Positions 19,929 to 31,409 of a stretch of 64,000 bases of DNA are shown here, piece by piece. Both the position numbers and the translations under genes were made by a program. Origin of the DNA: Roseibacillus sp. (GTDB lineage Bacteria; Verrucomicrobiota; Verrucomicrobiia; Verrucomicrobiales; Akkermansiaceae); the NCBI GenBank assembly GCA_965242925.1, contig CBDEUM010000013.1, forward strand, positions 64,001 through 128,000, given 5' to 3'. The notes below the pieces were generated by a model. That model was not told the DNA's origin, searched no databases, and saw nothing but the letters and a program-made list of their open reading frames with translations. The first letter of the stretch is position 1. Every line of letters begins with the position of its first letter.

Positions 19929-20941
19929 TGCTTCGACGATTTCACTTTAAGGAGTTTGGCAATGCGGCCGAACCGGTTCCAGTCCTGCACATAGAGATTC
20001 CCCGACGGGTCGTAAGCCAATCCGTGTGGGGCAGTGAAGTGAGCGGGCTTCGCCTGATTGGGCGCCACCCCGTTCTGCCCCCTCTGTTTCGGGTTGGGGT
20101 TTTCACCGAGGAGGGCAATCACCTTGCCCGCCTTGTCGAGGATCTTGACTCCACCCGCCAACTCGGTCACCGCCACCACCTCTCCCCGGAAGGCAAGATC
20201 AGTGGGCCGACGCAGGCCGTCAGCAACAACTCCAATCCAGTTCCCATCCAGATCCCAGTGGGTCAGGCGACCGTTCTCCCGGTCCGCCACCATGATTCGC
20301 GGCGGATCAAAGCGGTAGTCAAGAGCCATGCCGTGCGCGGTATTGCACTGGCCTTCTCCCCTGCCGCGTCCGCCAAAGGTCTTGATGAGTTTTCCCTCCG
20401 CGTCAAACTTGTGAATGAAGTTGGAGCCGTATCCAAGGGCAATGAAGATCGAGCCGTCTGGTGCAATATCGGCAGCGGTCACTCCTCCCCATCCGCCCTT
20501 GACCTCAACGGTCTTGTCGTTCGGGATCTGGAAGACTTCCTTGCCGTCCAGCGTCATCTTTACCAGGCGCTTTCCCGCTGTATGAGAGGCCCAGATGTAC
20601 TCCGTTCCGCCCTCTTCCCGGATGAAGAGATCATGGATGTTGCCCGGTCCCACTTTCCCCAGCTGCTTTCCCTTTGCATCGTAAATGAGGATCCCATTCG
20701 GCGTATCCGTGCTGAAGTAGATTCTTCCGGCCTTGTCGATGGCGACCCCGCCATTGGTACTACCTACCCCCTTGTTTTCCGTCGTACCCCACCAGGGAAC
20801 GTTCTTATAGGAATGATCACCGGAGCCGGTGGCAACCGCAACGGTGAGAATTTCGCCCTGTGGTGCGACACCCTTGTGGGGATGGGCCGACAGGACGCCC
20901 GGTAATGTGGAAGCCGCGGCAAGCAGCAGGATGGGTTTCAT
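19925..20941 (-). CDS. Secreted NHL-repeat beta-propeller protein (peptidylglycine lyase-like)
   Basis: Signal peptide; NHL repeats (TAHGMALD, VADRENGRL, TAPHGLAYDPSGNLYVQDW). Confidence 0.8.
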   Translation of the reverse strand: MKPILLLAAASTLPGVLSAHPHKGVAPQGEILTVAVATGSGDHSYKNVPWWGTTENKGVGSTNGGVAIDKAGRIYFSTDTPNGILIYDAKGKQLGKVGPGNIHDLFIREEGGTEYIWASHTAGKRLVKMTLDGKEVFQIPNDKTVEVKGGWGGVTAADIAPDGSIFIALGYGSNFIHKFDAEGKLIKTFGGRGRGEGQCNTAHGMALDYRFDPPRIMVADRENGRLTHWDLDGNWIGVVADGLRRPTDLAFRGEVVAVTELAGGVKILDKAGKVIALLGENPNPKQRGQNGVAPNQAKPAHFTAPHGLAYDPSGNLYVQDWNRFGRIAKLLKVKSSKQ

Positions 20942-21038
20942 GACGGACCAGATATGGCTTCTTCCTGCGGACAGGAAAAGAACTTTTGAACCCTGCCAAA
21001 CCTTCGCACCGTTTTATTGCCGGGAATCGGCACACAAC

Positions 21039-21067
21039 AAAAAAAGGCCGCTGTCTCCAGTGGCCTT
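21039..21067 (-). terminator. Rho-independent terminator
   Basis: Minus strand AAGGCCACTG-GAGA-CAGCGGCC followed by T7. Confidence 0.75.
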
Positions 21068-21102
21068 GATTAACTTAACGAAGCTGAGGAAAAGGAAGAG
21101 CG

Positions 21103-21459
21103 CTAGCTGGCAGCTCCATCCTTGGCCCCGGGCTTCTTCTTTTTGCCTTCGGCCCCGGGTTTGGGTTTCTTCCTGCCGCCCTTCACTTCGTCAGCAGTCA
21201 GGGCCCCGTCACCATTCTTGTCCCGCTTCTTGAAAAGCGCCTCGATTTTCTCGGCTGGAACAGGCTTGGACTTGGCCGCTCCCCAGGACTTCATTTCATC
21301 CAGGGTGATCTTGCCGTCCTTGTTCTTGTCGGCGGACATCAGTCCCTTCGCTTTCTTGGCTGGTTTGTCCTTGGGCTTGTCACCATCCTTGTCGTCGGCA
21401 ACGACCAGTCCCACCCCGGCGATCGTGATCGCCGCTATCAGTTTCAATGTATTCTTCAT
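21103..21459 (-). CDS. Secreted EF-hand protein
   Basis: Signal peptide; two EF loops DKNKDGKITLDE and DKNGDGALTADE; Lys-rich. Confidence 0.85.
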   Translation of the reverse strand: MKNTLKLIAAITIAGVGLVVADDKDGDKPKDKPAKKAKGLMSADKNKDGKITLDEMKSWGAAKSKPVPAEKIEALFKKRDKNGDGALTADEVKGGRKKPKPGAEGKKKKPGAKDGAAS

Positions 21460-21577
21460 CAGTAGTTTGTGTGCGTGGAAGCACGCTTGTTGCTTCCCTC
21501 ACTATAACTGTCGCTCACCCCGATTCCTATCGCCCAAAGTGCAAAAAACGCGTGCCATCCCTCCGGAACCCCCACCT

Positions 21578-23797
21578 TCACTCTCCCACCAGCAGGAAAT
21601 CCACCAACTGGCGTTCCCTGTTGACCCTCGCCACCCGTACCGCCACGACCTGGCCCAGAGTCAACTCGGCGCCCTGCATCGTGGCATACCGCATCCTGTG
21701 AGATTCCAGACGCCAGTCTCCGGCCGGGAACTCATCCCGTTTGACGAGACCACGTTGCAGGATTTCAAGAGCCTCAACCATGAGACCGATCCTGCGCACG
21801 TCGGTGATAACCGCCTTGAAGACCGGAGGGTTGGCGTCATGCGCGCTGAGGTGCAACCACTCGAGCATCTTGAGGCGATGAGATTCCGTTTCCGCACTCG
21901 CACTCGTCCGCTCGGTGGTGGAGATGTGATTTGAAATCTCCGCACATTGCAACTGGACCGGCGCCCGCGGGGAATGGGTGGGCGGATTCTCCAGGAGGGG
22001 CTCCAGCGCCCGATGCATGATGAGGTCGGCATAGCGGCGGATGGGACTGGTGAAATGGCAATAGTCTGTCTTGGAGAGGCCATAATGCCCCAGAGGACCC
22101 TCGCGATAACTTGCCCGCTTCAGACTCTTGAGCAAGCCCACCTTGATGGCGTGCTCTTCCGGTTGTCCCCGGCATTCCCGCAAAAGACTCTGAATGTGCT
22201 TCCTGTTGACGAGATCCCCCGGTTCATAGCCGTGAGCACGCGCAAGTTCCGCGAATTCGAAGAGCTTGTCGTGATCCGGTTCCTCGTGCACGCGATAAAT
22301 CCCGGGACGCCCGGCATTCTTCACCGCACGCGCCACCGCCTCATTGGCTGCCAGCATGAACTCCTCGATCAGCTGGTGACTTTCATTGTAATCCTCGCGC
22401 CGGTAACCGGTTGGGCGCCCGGACTCATCGAGCTCCACGCGAATCTCCGGAAACTCCAGATCCAGTGCTCCCTGAACAAACCGGCGCTGACGCAAGAGCT
22501 TGGCCAGCTTCCAGCACTCCCTGAGAGTGCCCGCGATTTCGCAGCGGGATGGATCATCCACATCCCTCTTCCCCTCGAGCATGTTCTGCGCTTCCTCGTA
22601 AGTGAGCCGGAACTTGGAGCGGATGACCGCTTTTTCGAAACGCACCTGCGTCATCTTCCCCTTACCGTCGAAGCCCATCACCACGCAACAGGTAAGGCGG
22701 TCCTCCCCCGGCACCAGGGAGCAGATTCCGTTACTCAACGCTTCAGGGAGCATCGGGAGAACCCGGTCCACCAGGTAGGTCGAGTTGCCGCGCTTCCGTG
22801 CTTCCCGATCCAGGGCGGTGCCCGGTTTCACATAGTGTGCGACATCCGCGATGTGCACCGCCAGCTCCCATCCCTGCTCATGCTCCCGGAGCCAGATCGC
22901 ATCATCGAAATCACGCGCATCCGCCGGATCGATTGTGATGACCAATTCCTCCCGCCGGTCCGCCCGTCCCTCCAACGCCTCCGGCAGGACGGAGGAAGGA
23001 ATCTCCCCGGCCTCTTCCTCCACCTCCCCGGGAAACTCCTCATGCAACCCATGGCGCAGGATGATTCCACGGATATCCACTCCCGGTTCATCCGGCCAGC
23101 CCAGCACCTCGGCAATCTCCCCGCGAGGCGCCACCTGCCGGCTGTCCCACTCCAGCAGACGTACCGCCACCATCTGCCCCGACTTCCCTTCCGCCGCGTT
23201 CTCCAACTCGATTGTTGGAGGCAGGCTCTTGTCGGTGGGCTGCACGTAGACAAATCCCTTGCGTTCCATCAGGATGCCCACCACCACCCCGCTGCGGCGC
23301 TGCAGGATGCGTTCCACGCGACCAGTGGCCTGGTCCTCCGCGCCCGGGAGCTCCAAGGACGCGCGCTTGTGCTTGGCGTGCTTCCACCAGACCGGCGGAC
23401 CAAGTCGCTCGACGCGAAGTGCCACCCGGTCACCATCGAGCGCCACCGAAGTCTTTCGCGCCCCGACGTAAATGCGGCTGAAGCGCTCTAGGTCAATTCC
23501 GCTCGCCAAGTTGGCAGGGTCACGGGGGTCGGGATAAAACCAGGCGGCACCCTTCGGCTGAAAGCGAAGAATCCCGGAGAGCAGGTTCCCCTCCTGTTCG
23601 CGAAGCCGGTAGCGGGCCTTTTTCCCACGGACAATCACCCCCTCCCTCTCAAGGGCCGCCAACTCGGCTCGCAAATCAACCCGCAGGTCGGGGTGGAGCT
23701 CCAGATCACGAGCCAACTCGCCCTTGTTGCTCGGACGATATCCGGGGCGGCGCATGAGCTCCAAAACCTTCTCCCGCAATCCCCCGCCCTCTCCCAT
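21578..23797 (-). CDS. rnr: Ribonuclease R
   Basis: N-terminal HTH, TIDPADARDFDDA, HIADV, IEEFMLAAN, HFTSPIRRYADL, C-terminal S1 domain. Start uncertain (track 23944). Confidence 0.92.
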   Translation of the reverse strand: MGEGGGLREKVLELMRRPGYRPSNKGELARDLELHPDLRVDLRAELAALEREGVIVRGKKARYRLREQEGNLLSGILRFQPKGAAWFYPDPRDPANLASGIDLERFSRIYVGARKTSVALDGDRVALRVERLGPPVWWKHAKHKRASLELPGAEDQATGRVERILQRRSGVVVGILMERKGFVYVQPTDKSLPPTIELENAAEGKSGQMVAVRLLEWDSRQVAPRGEIAEVLGWPDEPGVDIRGIILRHGLHEEFPGEVEEEAGEIPSSVLPEALEGRADRREELVITIDPADARDFDDAIWLREHEQGWELAVHIADVAHYVKPGTALDREARKRGNSTYLVDRVLPMLPEALSNGICSLVPGEDRLTCCVVMGFDGKGKMTQVRFEKAVIRSKFRLTYEEAQNMLEGKRDVDDPSRCEIAGTLRECWKLAKLLRQRRFVQGALDLEFPEIRVELDESGRPTGYRREDYNESHQLIEEFMLAANEAVARAVKNAGRPGIYRVHEEPDHDKLFEFAELARAHGYEPGDLVNRKHIQSLLRECRGQPEEHAIKVGLLKSLKRASYREGPLGHYGLSKTDYCHFTSPIRRYADLIMHRALEPLLENPPTHSPRAPVQLQCAEISNHISTTERTSASAETESHRLKMLEWLHLSAHDANPPVFKAVITDVRRIGLMVEALEILQRGLVKRDEFPAGDWRLESHRMRYATMQGAELTLGQVVAVRVARVNRERQLVDFLLVGE

Positions 23798-23980
23798 GAC
23801 CGGACTCTGGATAGTTGATGCCCGGTCATCAATGCGGAAGGCCTGCAAAAATTGAGTTGCATCAAACCCGGGACGAGACCAGCTTGGTATTGACATTGTA
23901 ATTCCCGAAACCGGAAGATTGCCAAATCCCGGCCATCCCGCCACCTTTCCCGCAGAAAACTCCCCAATTCCAGATCAGCT

Positions 23981-24604
23981 ATGAAAATAACTTCCCCTCC
24001 TTCCAGGAACCGCGGCTTTACCCTCATCGAACTACTCGTCGTCATCGCCATCATCGCGATCCTCGCGGCCCTCGGCTTCAGCGGTGGTGCCGCCGTGATG
24101 AACACCGCCAAGAAAACCGTCGCCAAGAACGACTGCACCAACCTCGTCCAAGCCATCCAAGCCTACTACGACGACTACAACTACCTGCCCGAAGCCCCGG
24201 AAGCTGGCACAGCTCCGGGCGCGCCTACCACCAACGAACTGATGGACCAGCTGGTGGGCTTTGACAAGGAAAGCAACCCCAAGGAAGAGCGCTACTACTC
24301 AGGCAAGGATGCCAAGGGCAAGACCCAGAATGGTGCCTACGGAGGACTCTTCTACACCAATCGCTCAGTGGAGCTTTTTGACGCCTGGAAGAAGAGCGGC
24401 ATTGCTGCTACCAACCGCCACTATTTCGTCCTCATGGATATTGATCTGGACGATGAGCTCACCGATCCCTTTGACGCCACGAAACCTCTCTTCGGACGCA
24501 TGGCCATCGCGTGGACCTCGGGACGTGATGGACAGTACACCACCGGTCAGGCCACCGCGACGAAGAACCGCGACAACGTTTACTCCTGGAGAGGCAAGCA
24601 ATGA
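23981..24604 (+). CDS. Prepilin-type N-terminal cleavage/methylation domain protein
   Basis: RG|FTLIELLVVIAIIAILAAL; DAW...AWTSGRDG...DNVYSW, a GspG-like C-terminus. Confidence 0.9.
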   Translation: MKITSPPSRNRGFTLIELLVVIAIIAILAALGFSGGAAVMNTAKKTVAKNDCTNLVQAIQAYYDDYNYLPEAPEAGTAPGAPTTNELMDQLVGFDKESNPKEERYYSGKDAKGKTQNGAYGGLFYTNRSVELFDAWKKSGIAATNRHYFVLMDIDLDDELTDPFDATKPLFGRMAIAWTSGRDGQYTTGQATATKNRDNVYSWRGKQ

Positions 24605-24633
24605 GTTCGGCATCATAACCTGACCTGCATGGT

Positions 24634-24660
24634 AAAAAGCTGGCTTCGACCAGCTTTTTT
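24634..24660 (+). terminator. Rho-independent terminator (possibly bidirectional)
   Basis: AAAAAGCTGG-CTTCGA-CCAGCTTTTTT. Confidence 0.8.
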
Positions 24661-24834
24661 GTTGTCACCCCCCCCTTCCTGATTGCTCTGATCCTCTTGC
24701 CTTCATCCGTGAACAGCCTGCCATCGGCAACGGTAATGTACAAGGGATGATCATGCGGTCTCCTGCTTCTGAGTGCCAATCCCCGATCCGTGAGGGCTGA
24801 CCGGAAATCGACGAGTGCCCGTTTCCCTTGCAAT

Positions 24835-24864
24835 AAAAAGCCGGGCGGTTCCCCGCCCGGCTTT
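24835..24864 (-). terminator. Rho-independent terminator of groEL
   Basis: Plus strand AAAAAGCCGGGCGG-TTCC-CCGCCCGGCTTT. Confidence 0.85.
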
Positions 24865-24906
24865 GTTCGTTGATCAATCTGGAAACCTGGATCTTCTCGT
24901 CTTCTC

Positions 24907-26556
<1,650 letters not shown>

Positions 26557-26620
26557 TCAGTTAATAATTGTCGGTTGTCGGCTGGGAGTCCCGATAGCGG
26601 ATTACTCCCGACCACGGATG

Positions 26621-26914
26621 TTAGTCCGCAATCACGCCGAGAATGTCGCCCTCATTGATGATGAGGACATCTTCGCCATTCACTTTGACATCAGTTCCAC
26701 CGTACTTCGAGATGAGGACCTTGTTGCCCTCCTCGACGGTGAATTGGATGTCGTTTCCGTTTTCGTCTTTCCCGCCGGTGCCGAGTGCGACGACTTCAGC
26801 TTCCTGCGGCTTCTCTTGGGCAGTGTCGGGAAGCACAATGCCGCCGGCACTGACTTCTTCAGCATCGAGGCGCTTTACAAGCACGCGCTGACCGAGTGGT
26901 TTGATACTAGCCAT
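26621..26914 (-). CDS. groS: Co-chaperonin GroES
   Basis: [15 protein letters not shown]...[22 protein letters not shown]; true start at ATG 26914 (track ORF over-extended). Confidence 0.96.
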   Translation of the reverse strand: MASIKPLGQRVLVKRLDAEEVSAGGIVLPDTAQEKPQEAEVVALGTGGKDENGNDIQFTVEEGNKVLISKYGGTDVKVNGEDVLIINEGDILGVIAD

Positions 26915-26924
26915 TGTTTCGTAG

Positions 26925-26957
26925 TGGTTGGTTCTGGTTGGTTCTGGTTGGTTTTGG
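26925..26957. repeat. Short tandem repeat (TGGTTGGTTC)x3 in groES leader
   Basis: Three near-identical 10-mers directly upstream of the groES start. Confidence 0.7.
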
Positions 26958-26965
26958 TCGAGTAG

Positions 26966-26996
26966 CCGCCCCGTCTTCCGGAGAAGAGCGGGGCGG
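26966..26996 (-). terminator. Stem-loop between dnaK and groES
   Basis: CCGCCCCG...CGGGGCGG inverted repeat without a long U-tract. Confidence 0.55.
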
Positions 26997-27008
26997 GAAA
27001 CTGACAGA

Positions 27009-28958
27009 TTACTTCTCGGCGTCAACGACTTCCGCATCAACGACCTTGCCCTTGGCCTCACGGGGCTCTTCCGGAGCGTCCTCGGGAGGCACTGATCCCG
27101 CTCCAGCCCCCGCAGCTGCGGCTGCGGCAGGGTCCATTCCCGCTGCCCCGGCAGCCTGCTGGGCGGCAGCCATGAGTTCGCCCATGGTTTTCTCAAGCTC
27201 TTCGACAGCCGGCCGCACCGCTTCCATATCGGCGGCCTTGAGGGCCTCGCGCACCGCTTCGGTTTTCGCCTCCAGATTGCTCTTCAGCTCGACAGGTGCC
27301 TGGTCGCCCAGTTCCTCAAGCTGTTTCTCGACCTGGTAGACGAGATGCTCGGCCTTGTTCTTTTCGTCGATCTCCTCGGCGCGTTTCTTGTCTTCCTCCG
27401 AGTGGGCCTCCGCCTCCCGTTTGGCCTTCTCAATCTCGTCATCACTCAGGCCGCTGGACCCTTCAATGGAGATCTTCTTTTCATTGCCGTTCTTCTTGTC
27501 GCTGGCGGTCACATGCAGGATCCCGTTGGAGTCGATGTCGAAGGTGACTTCGATCTGGGGCATGCCGCGCGGCGCGGATTCAATGCCCTCCAGATTAAAG
27601 GTTCCGAGAATCTTGTTGTTGGCGAATATGGGTCGTTCGCCCTGGCAGACCCGGATTGTCACCTCGGGCTGGTGATCCGCCGCAGTGGAGAAGATCTGGG
27701 ATTTTTGTACCGGGATGGTGGTATTGCGCTCGATCATCGGGGTGGATCGGCTGCCCTCCGTTTCGATCGCAAGCGTGAGCGGAGTGACATCAAGCAGGAC
27801 CACATCCTTGACGTCGCCTTGCAGGACGCCCCCCTGAATCCCGGCTCCGATAGCAACCACCTCGTCCGGATTCACCCCCTTGTGGGGCTCCTTGCCCGCA
27901 AGCTCCCTGGCCACTTCATGGACCTTGGGCATCCGGGTCATCCCGCCCACCAGCACGAGTTCATCGATCTCGCTGGCACTGACGCCCGCCTCCTGCAGGC
28001 AATCGCGTACCGGCTGCTTGGTACGATCCAGCAAGTGCTCGGTAAGCTGCTCCAGCTTGGAACGGGAGATCTCCATCTGGATATGTTTGGGCCCGGTCTG
28101 GTCTGCCGTCACGAAGGGCAGGTTGATTTCGTAGGTATTAGAGGAACTCAGCGCAATCTTGGCCTTCTCTGCCTCCTCCTTGATGCGCTGCAGGGCATCC
28201 GGCTGCCCCCCCAGATCAATGTCCTCCTTCGCTTTGAATTCGGAGACCACCCAGTCGATGATGGCGTTGTCCCAGTCGTCACCACCAAGCTGCGTGTCTC
28301 CGTCGGTGGCCATCACTTCGAAGACTCCGTCCCCGATATCGAGAACCGAAATATCGAAGGTCCCGCCTCCGAGGTCGTAAACGGCGATCTTCTCATCGCT
28401 CTCCCTGTCGAGCCCGTAGGCCAGCGAGGCGGCTGTGGGCTCGTTGATGATGCGGCGGACCTTCAATCCCGCGATCTCCCCCGAAGCCTTGGTGGCGTTA
28501 CGCTGTGAATCGTTGAAATAAGCCGGCACCGTGATGACCGCCTCTTCGATGGTCTCTCCCAGCTTGGCCTCTGCATCGGACTTCATCTTGGCAAGGACCA
28601 TGGCGGAGATCTCCTGCGGGGAGTACGTCTTTTTCTCACCATCCACTTCCACCTCGATGTGGGCGTCGCCATTCGGTGCTTCCACGATGGTGTATGGAAG
28701 TTTCTTGTCCTCTTTGGTAAGCTCAGCGAATTTGCGCCCGATCAGGCGTTTGGCAGAGAAAATCGTGTTCCTGGGATTAGTCACCGCCTGGCGCTTGGCA
28801 GCCTGTCCTACCAGACGCTCTCCACCCTTCGCAAAGGCCACCACTGAGGGAGTCGTCCGGGCCCCTTCCGAATTCTCAAGGACAACCGGTTCGCCGGCCT
28901 CCATCACGGCCATGCAGGAGTTCGTGGTCCCAAGGTCAATTCCGAGTATTTTTGCCAT
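27009..28958 (-). CDS. dnaK: Chaperone DnaK
   Basis: [40 protein letters not shown] tail. Confidence 0.98.
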   Translation of the reverse strand: MAKILGIDLGTTNSCMAVMEAGEPVVLENSEGARTTPSVVAFAKGGERLVGQAAKRQAVTNPRNTIFSAKRLIGRKFAELTKEDKKLPYTIVEAPNGDAHIEVEVDGEKKTYSPQEISAMVLAKMKSDAEAKLGETIEEAVITVPAYFNDSQRNATKASGEIAGLKVRRIINEPTAASLAYGLDRESDEKIAVYDLGGGTFDISVLDIGDGVFEVMATDGDTQLGGDDWDNAIIDWVVSEFKAKEDIDLGGQPDALQRIKEEAEKAKIALSSSNTYEINLPFVTADQTGPKHIQMEISRSKLEQLTEHLLDRTKQPVRDCLQEAGVSASEIDELVLVGGMTRMPKVHEVARELAGKEPHKGVNPDEVVAIGAGIQGGVLQGDVKDVVLLDVTPLTLAIETEGSRSTPMIERNTTIPVQKSQIFSTAADHQPEVTIRVCQGERPIFANNKILGTFNLEGIESAPRGMPQIEVTFDIDSNGILHVTASDKKNGNEKKISIEGSSGLSDDEIEKAKREAEAHSEEDKKRAEEIDEKNKAEHLVYQVEKQLEELGDQAPVELKSNLEAKTEAVREALKAADMEAVRPAVEELEKTMGELMAAAQQAAGAAGMDPAAAAAAGAGAGSVPPEDAPEEPREAKGKVVDAEVVDAEK

Positions 28959-29060
28959 GTGCTTAAATCCTTTCCGTTGAGGTAGCCCGGTAGAGATCCG
29001 GATTTCCCTTCAGGTCTGTTAAAAGTGAATCATCAGGGCTGGCCCCGACGGGGTTCTCTA

Positions 29061-29077
29061 TGGCAGATCCTGTGCCA
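29061..29077 (-). promoter_or_regulatory. Sigma54 (-24/-12) promoter of dnaK-groES-groEL
   Basis: Minus strand TGGCACAGGATCTGCCA: TGGCAC with exact GG-N10-GC spacing, ~100 bp upstream of dnaK. Confidence 0.65.
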
Positions 29078-29473
29078 GCCAGGACTGAAAATCACTTAAC
29101 TGACTGATCATAAGTGCTTGATGGATTTATAAGGCACTTCCCGCAAACGTTTCACTCGCGTCATTTTGACTCAATTTCCCCTTCCTGATCGGCCCAATTG
29201 TCGCAGTGACACAGTCTGGCACACCCTCAGCTAAAGCCTCTCTCCCGCATCACCGCCCAAACTGACAGAAGGTAGCGCTTTTCGCCTCCGGCTGGAAATC
29301 GTTGCGTGCCTAACTCAGCAGGATACACGCTGTTGCCCGAAGCAGTTCAAAGCAAGCGCACCGGTTCTCTCTTGCCTCTCCCTGCACCTTCTGCGCCGCC
29401 ATCGCCCTGACTCAACCGATCTAGAGGAAGGTGATGTGACACATCGAACGCGGGATCGACAAGCGCCCCTTCA

Positions 29474-31264
29474 ATGCCCAAGAATCCCTCCAAGAAGTTC
29501 CTCATGACCGATCAACAGAATCACGAAAACGCAGACGGTACAGCACCGGAAGAGCAGGTTCCCAAGAAAAAGGCCGCCACGAAGGCTCCCAAATTTATTT
29601 TCCCTGGCGCCGAGGAAGATCCGCCCTCCCCTTCCACTTCTGCCTTGGACTCCCCAACCGACCAAGCCTCCGCCGAACCACCTCCCACTCCCCCGGCCGA
29701 GCCTGCCCCGGCAGCGGCCGAACCACCTCCCACTCCCCCGGCCGAGCCTGCCCCGGTAGCAGCCGAACCACCTCCCACTCCCCCGGCCGAGCCTGCCCCG
29801 GCAGCAGTCGAACCACCTCCCACTCCCCCGGCCGAGCCTGCCCCGGTAGCAGCCGAACCACCTCCCACTCCCCCGGCCGAGCCTGCCCCGGCAGCAGCCG
29901 AGCCACCTCCCACTCCCCCGGCCGAGCCTGCCCCGGCAGCTCCCCCCGCTCAATCCCCTGCGCCGGTAGCAGGTGCAAAGCCCGGACAGATCAGCTTTGG
30001 CGGGTCCACGCCCGCACCCCCCGCGGGAGATTCCATTCCCCTCGCTGCGCCCGCGAGCGCGGATGCCACTCCCGGTCCCTCCACCTTCATCTCGGGCAGC
30101 ACCGAGACCAAGGGGGGAGGAGTCAGCAACGCCGTCAAGTTCACCATCGTAACTGTTCTGGTGGCAGCCATCATCATTACGGGTATCGTCGTCCTCGGAA
30201 AATCCGGAGAGAACAAGCGCGCGGAAACCCTGAACAGGCTCCTCGCCCAGGTGGCGGAAGAGGGCGTCAGGGAACTCGCCACCACCGAGGAAGAAGCGGA
30301 GGTTCTCCTCGGGGCCGCCAGGTCCCTCAAGACCAAAGGCGACCGGGAAGCCATCTACCAGCGCCTGCTGCTCGCCAAGGGTAGCGGAGTCAACCTCGAC
30401 GAGTTGATCGCCAAGTTCGCGGGCGATGAGGAAAACGCAATGACCCCGGACATCCGGGTCAAGTTCTTCCAGGTCGTGCAGGGACGCAACTCCCCCCATT
30501 CCCTCCCCTTCCTGATTGAACACGCGCAAAACGCCTCCAGACCGGCGACTGCTTCTGCCGCGCTGAAGGCCGCCCGGAAACTGGCCACCGACGACAATCT
30601 GCCCGCCCTCCTCGGGATCATCCAGTTCAACGCGAGCAGCCAGATCCAGCAGGATGCCAAACGCACAATCACCTCTCTGGCCGAACGCAGCACCGCCCGC
30701 AACGAAATCGCCACGGCAATAAAGAACTCCCATGACAGCGCCACCAGTGATGATGCCAAAAACATCTTTCTTGAACTCCTCGGCTCAACCGGGGGCGACA
30801 CTGCGGCCGGAATCATCAGGGAAACCCTGAAGAGCGATAGCAAGACCACTCGTATCGCCGCCATTGCCGCCCTCGGCACCTGGGCGGACGACAGTCAGTT
30901 CGATGTCCTCCTGAACTACATGGCCGGGGAGCAGGATGACACCCTGCGCAAACGGGCTTTCGCCTCGTCCTACCAGTTTCTGACGAAGGACCGCAAACGC
31001 GATGCTCTCGCCCTTGAGGACATGTGGAAGGCCCTCGCGCAGGAAGCGGGAACCGAAAGCGAAAAAAAACAGATCGTAAATGGTCTGGCCAATATCGTGG
31101 AGGACTGGTCCTTCGCGGTGGTGGAATTCTTTCTTGAGGATGAAAACGACGAGGTTTCCTTCCGGGCGGAAAAGGCCTTGGACCATATGAAAGAGAAGCG
31201 TAATCGGCTTAATCCGGATCGTGACGACGATAAGGATACCGAGGATGACAAAGGTGCTGAGTAG
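29474..31264 (+). CDS. Membrane-anchored HEAT-repeat protein with Pro-rich N-terminal repeats
   Basis: Pro/Ala repeats, one TM (FTIVTVLVAAIIITGIVVLG), HEAT-like helices (RIAAIAALGTW; EVSFRAEKAL). Start may be 29504. Confidence 0.8.
   Translation: MPKNPSKKFLMTDQQNHENADGTAPEEQVPKKKAATKAPKFIFPGAEEDPPSPSTSALDSPTDQASAEPPPTPPAEPAPAAAEPPPTPPAEPAPVAAEPPPTPPAEPAPAAVEPPPTPPAEPAPVAAEPPPTPPAEPAPAAAEPPPTPPAEPAPAAPPAQSPAPVAGAKPGQISFGGSTPAPPAGDSIPLAAPASADATPGPSTFISGSTETKGGGVSNAVKFTIVTVLVAAIIITGIVVLGKSGENKRAETLNRLLAQVAEEGVRELATTEEEAEVLLGAARSLKTKGDREAIYQRLLLAKGSGVNLDELIAKFAGDEENAMTPDIRVKFFQVVQGRNSPHSLPFLIEHAQNASRPATASAALKAARKLATDDNLPALLGIIQFNASSQIQQDAKRTITSLAERSTARNEIATAIKNSHDSATSDDAKNIFLELLGSTGGDTAAGIIRETLKSDSKTTRIAAIAALGTWADDSQFDVLLNYMAGEQDDTLRKRAFASSYQFLTKDRKRDALALEDMWKALAQEAGTESEKKQIVNGLANIVEDWSFAVVEFFLEDENDEVSFRAEKALDHMKEKRNRLNPDRDDDKDTEDDKGAE
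29672..29941 (+). repeat. Coding minisatellite, 6 x 45 bp (AEPPPTPPAEPAPAA)
   Basis: Six near-identical 45-nt units GCCGAACCACCTCCCACTCCCCCGGCCGAGCCTGCCCCGGYAGCN. Confidence 0.95.
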
Positions 31265-31409
31265 ATAGTCGGCCCCGCAGCCATTCCTGCGCTTATCTCT
31301 CTGATTCCCCGCTATTGCGATGGTGAGAACCATCGATAAGGGGATCAGCCCCCCTCTTCCCCCGGACCGTCAACCCCTCCCGGAACCTTGAGGGGAAAGC
31401 GCTTCCCTC

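Noticed and set aside
24750..24825. GAGTGCCAA / GAGTGCC as a CIRCE element near groEL
   Set aside because: Half-sites only, no partner at 9-nt spacing, and located downstream of groEL.
26621..27196. 191-aa N-terminally extended GroES
   Set aside because: The extension overlaps dnaK and a hairpin; canonical GroES starts at ATG 26914.
29672..29941. Regular repeats as a CRISPR array
   Set aside because: Units are contiguous with no unique spacers, in frame within a CDS, and there are no cas genes.
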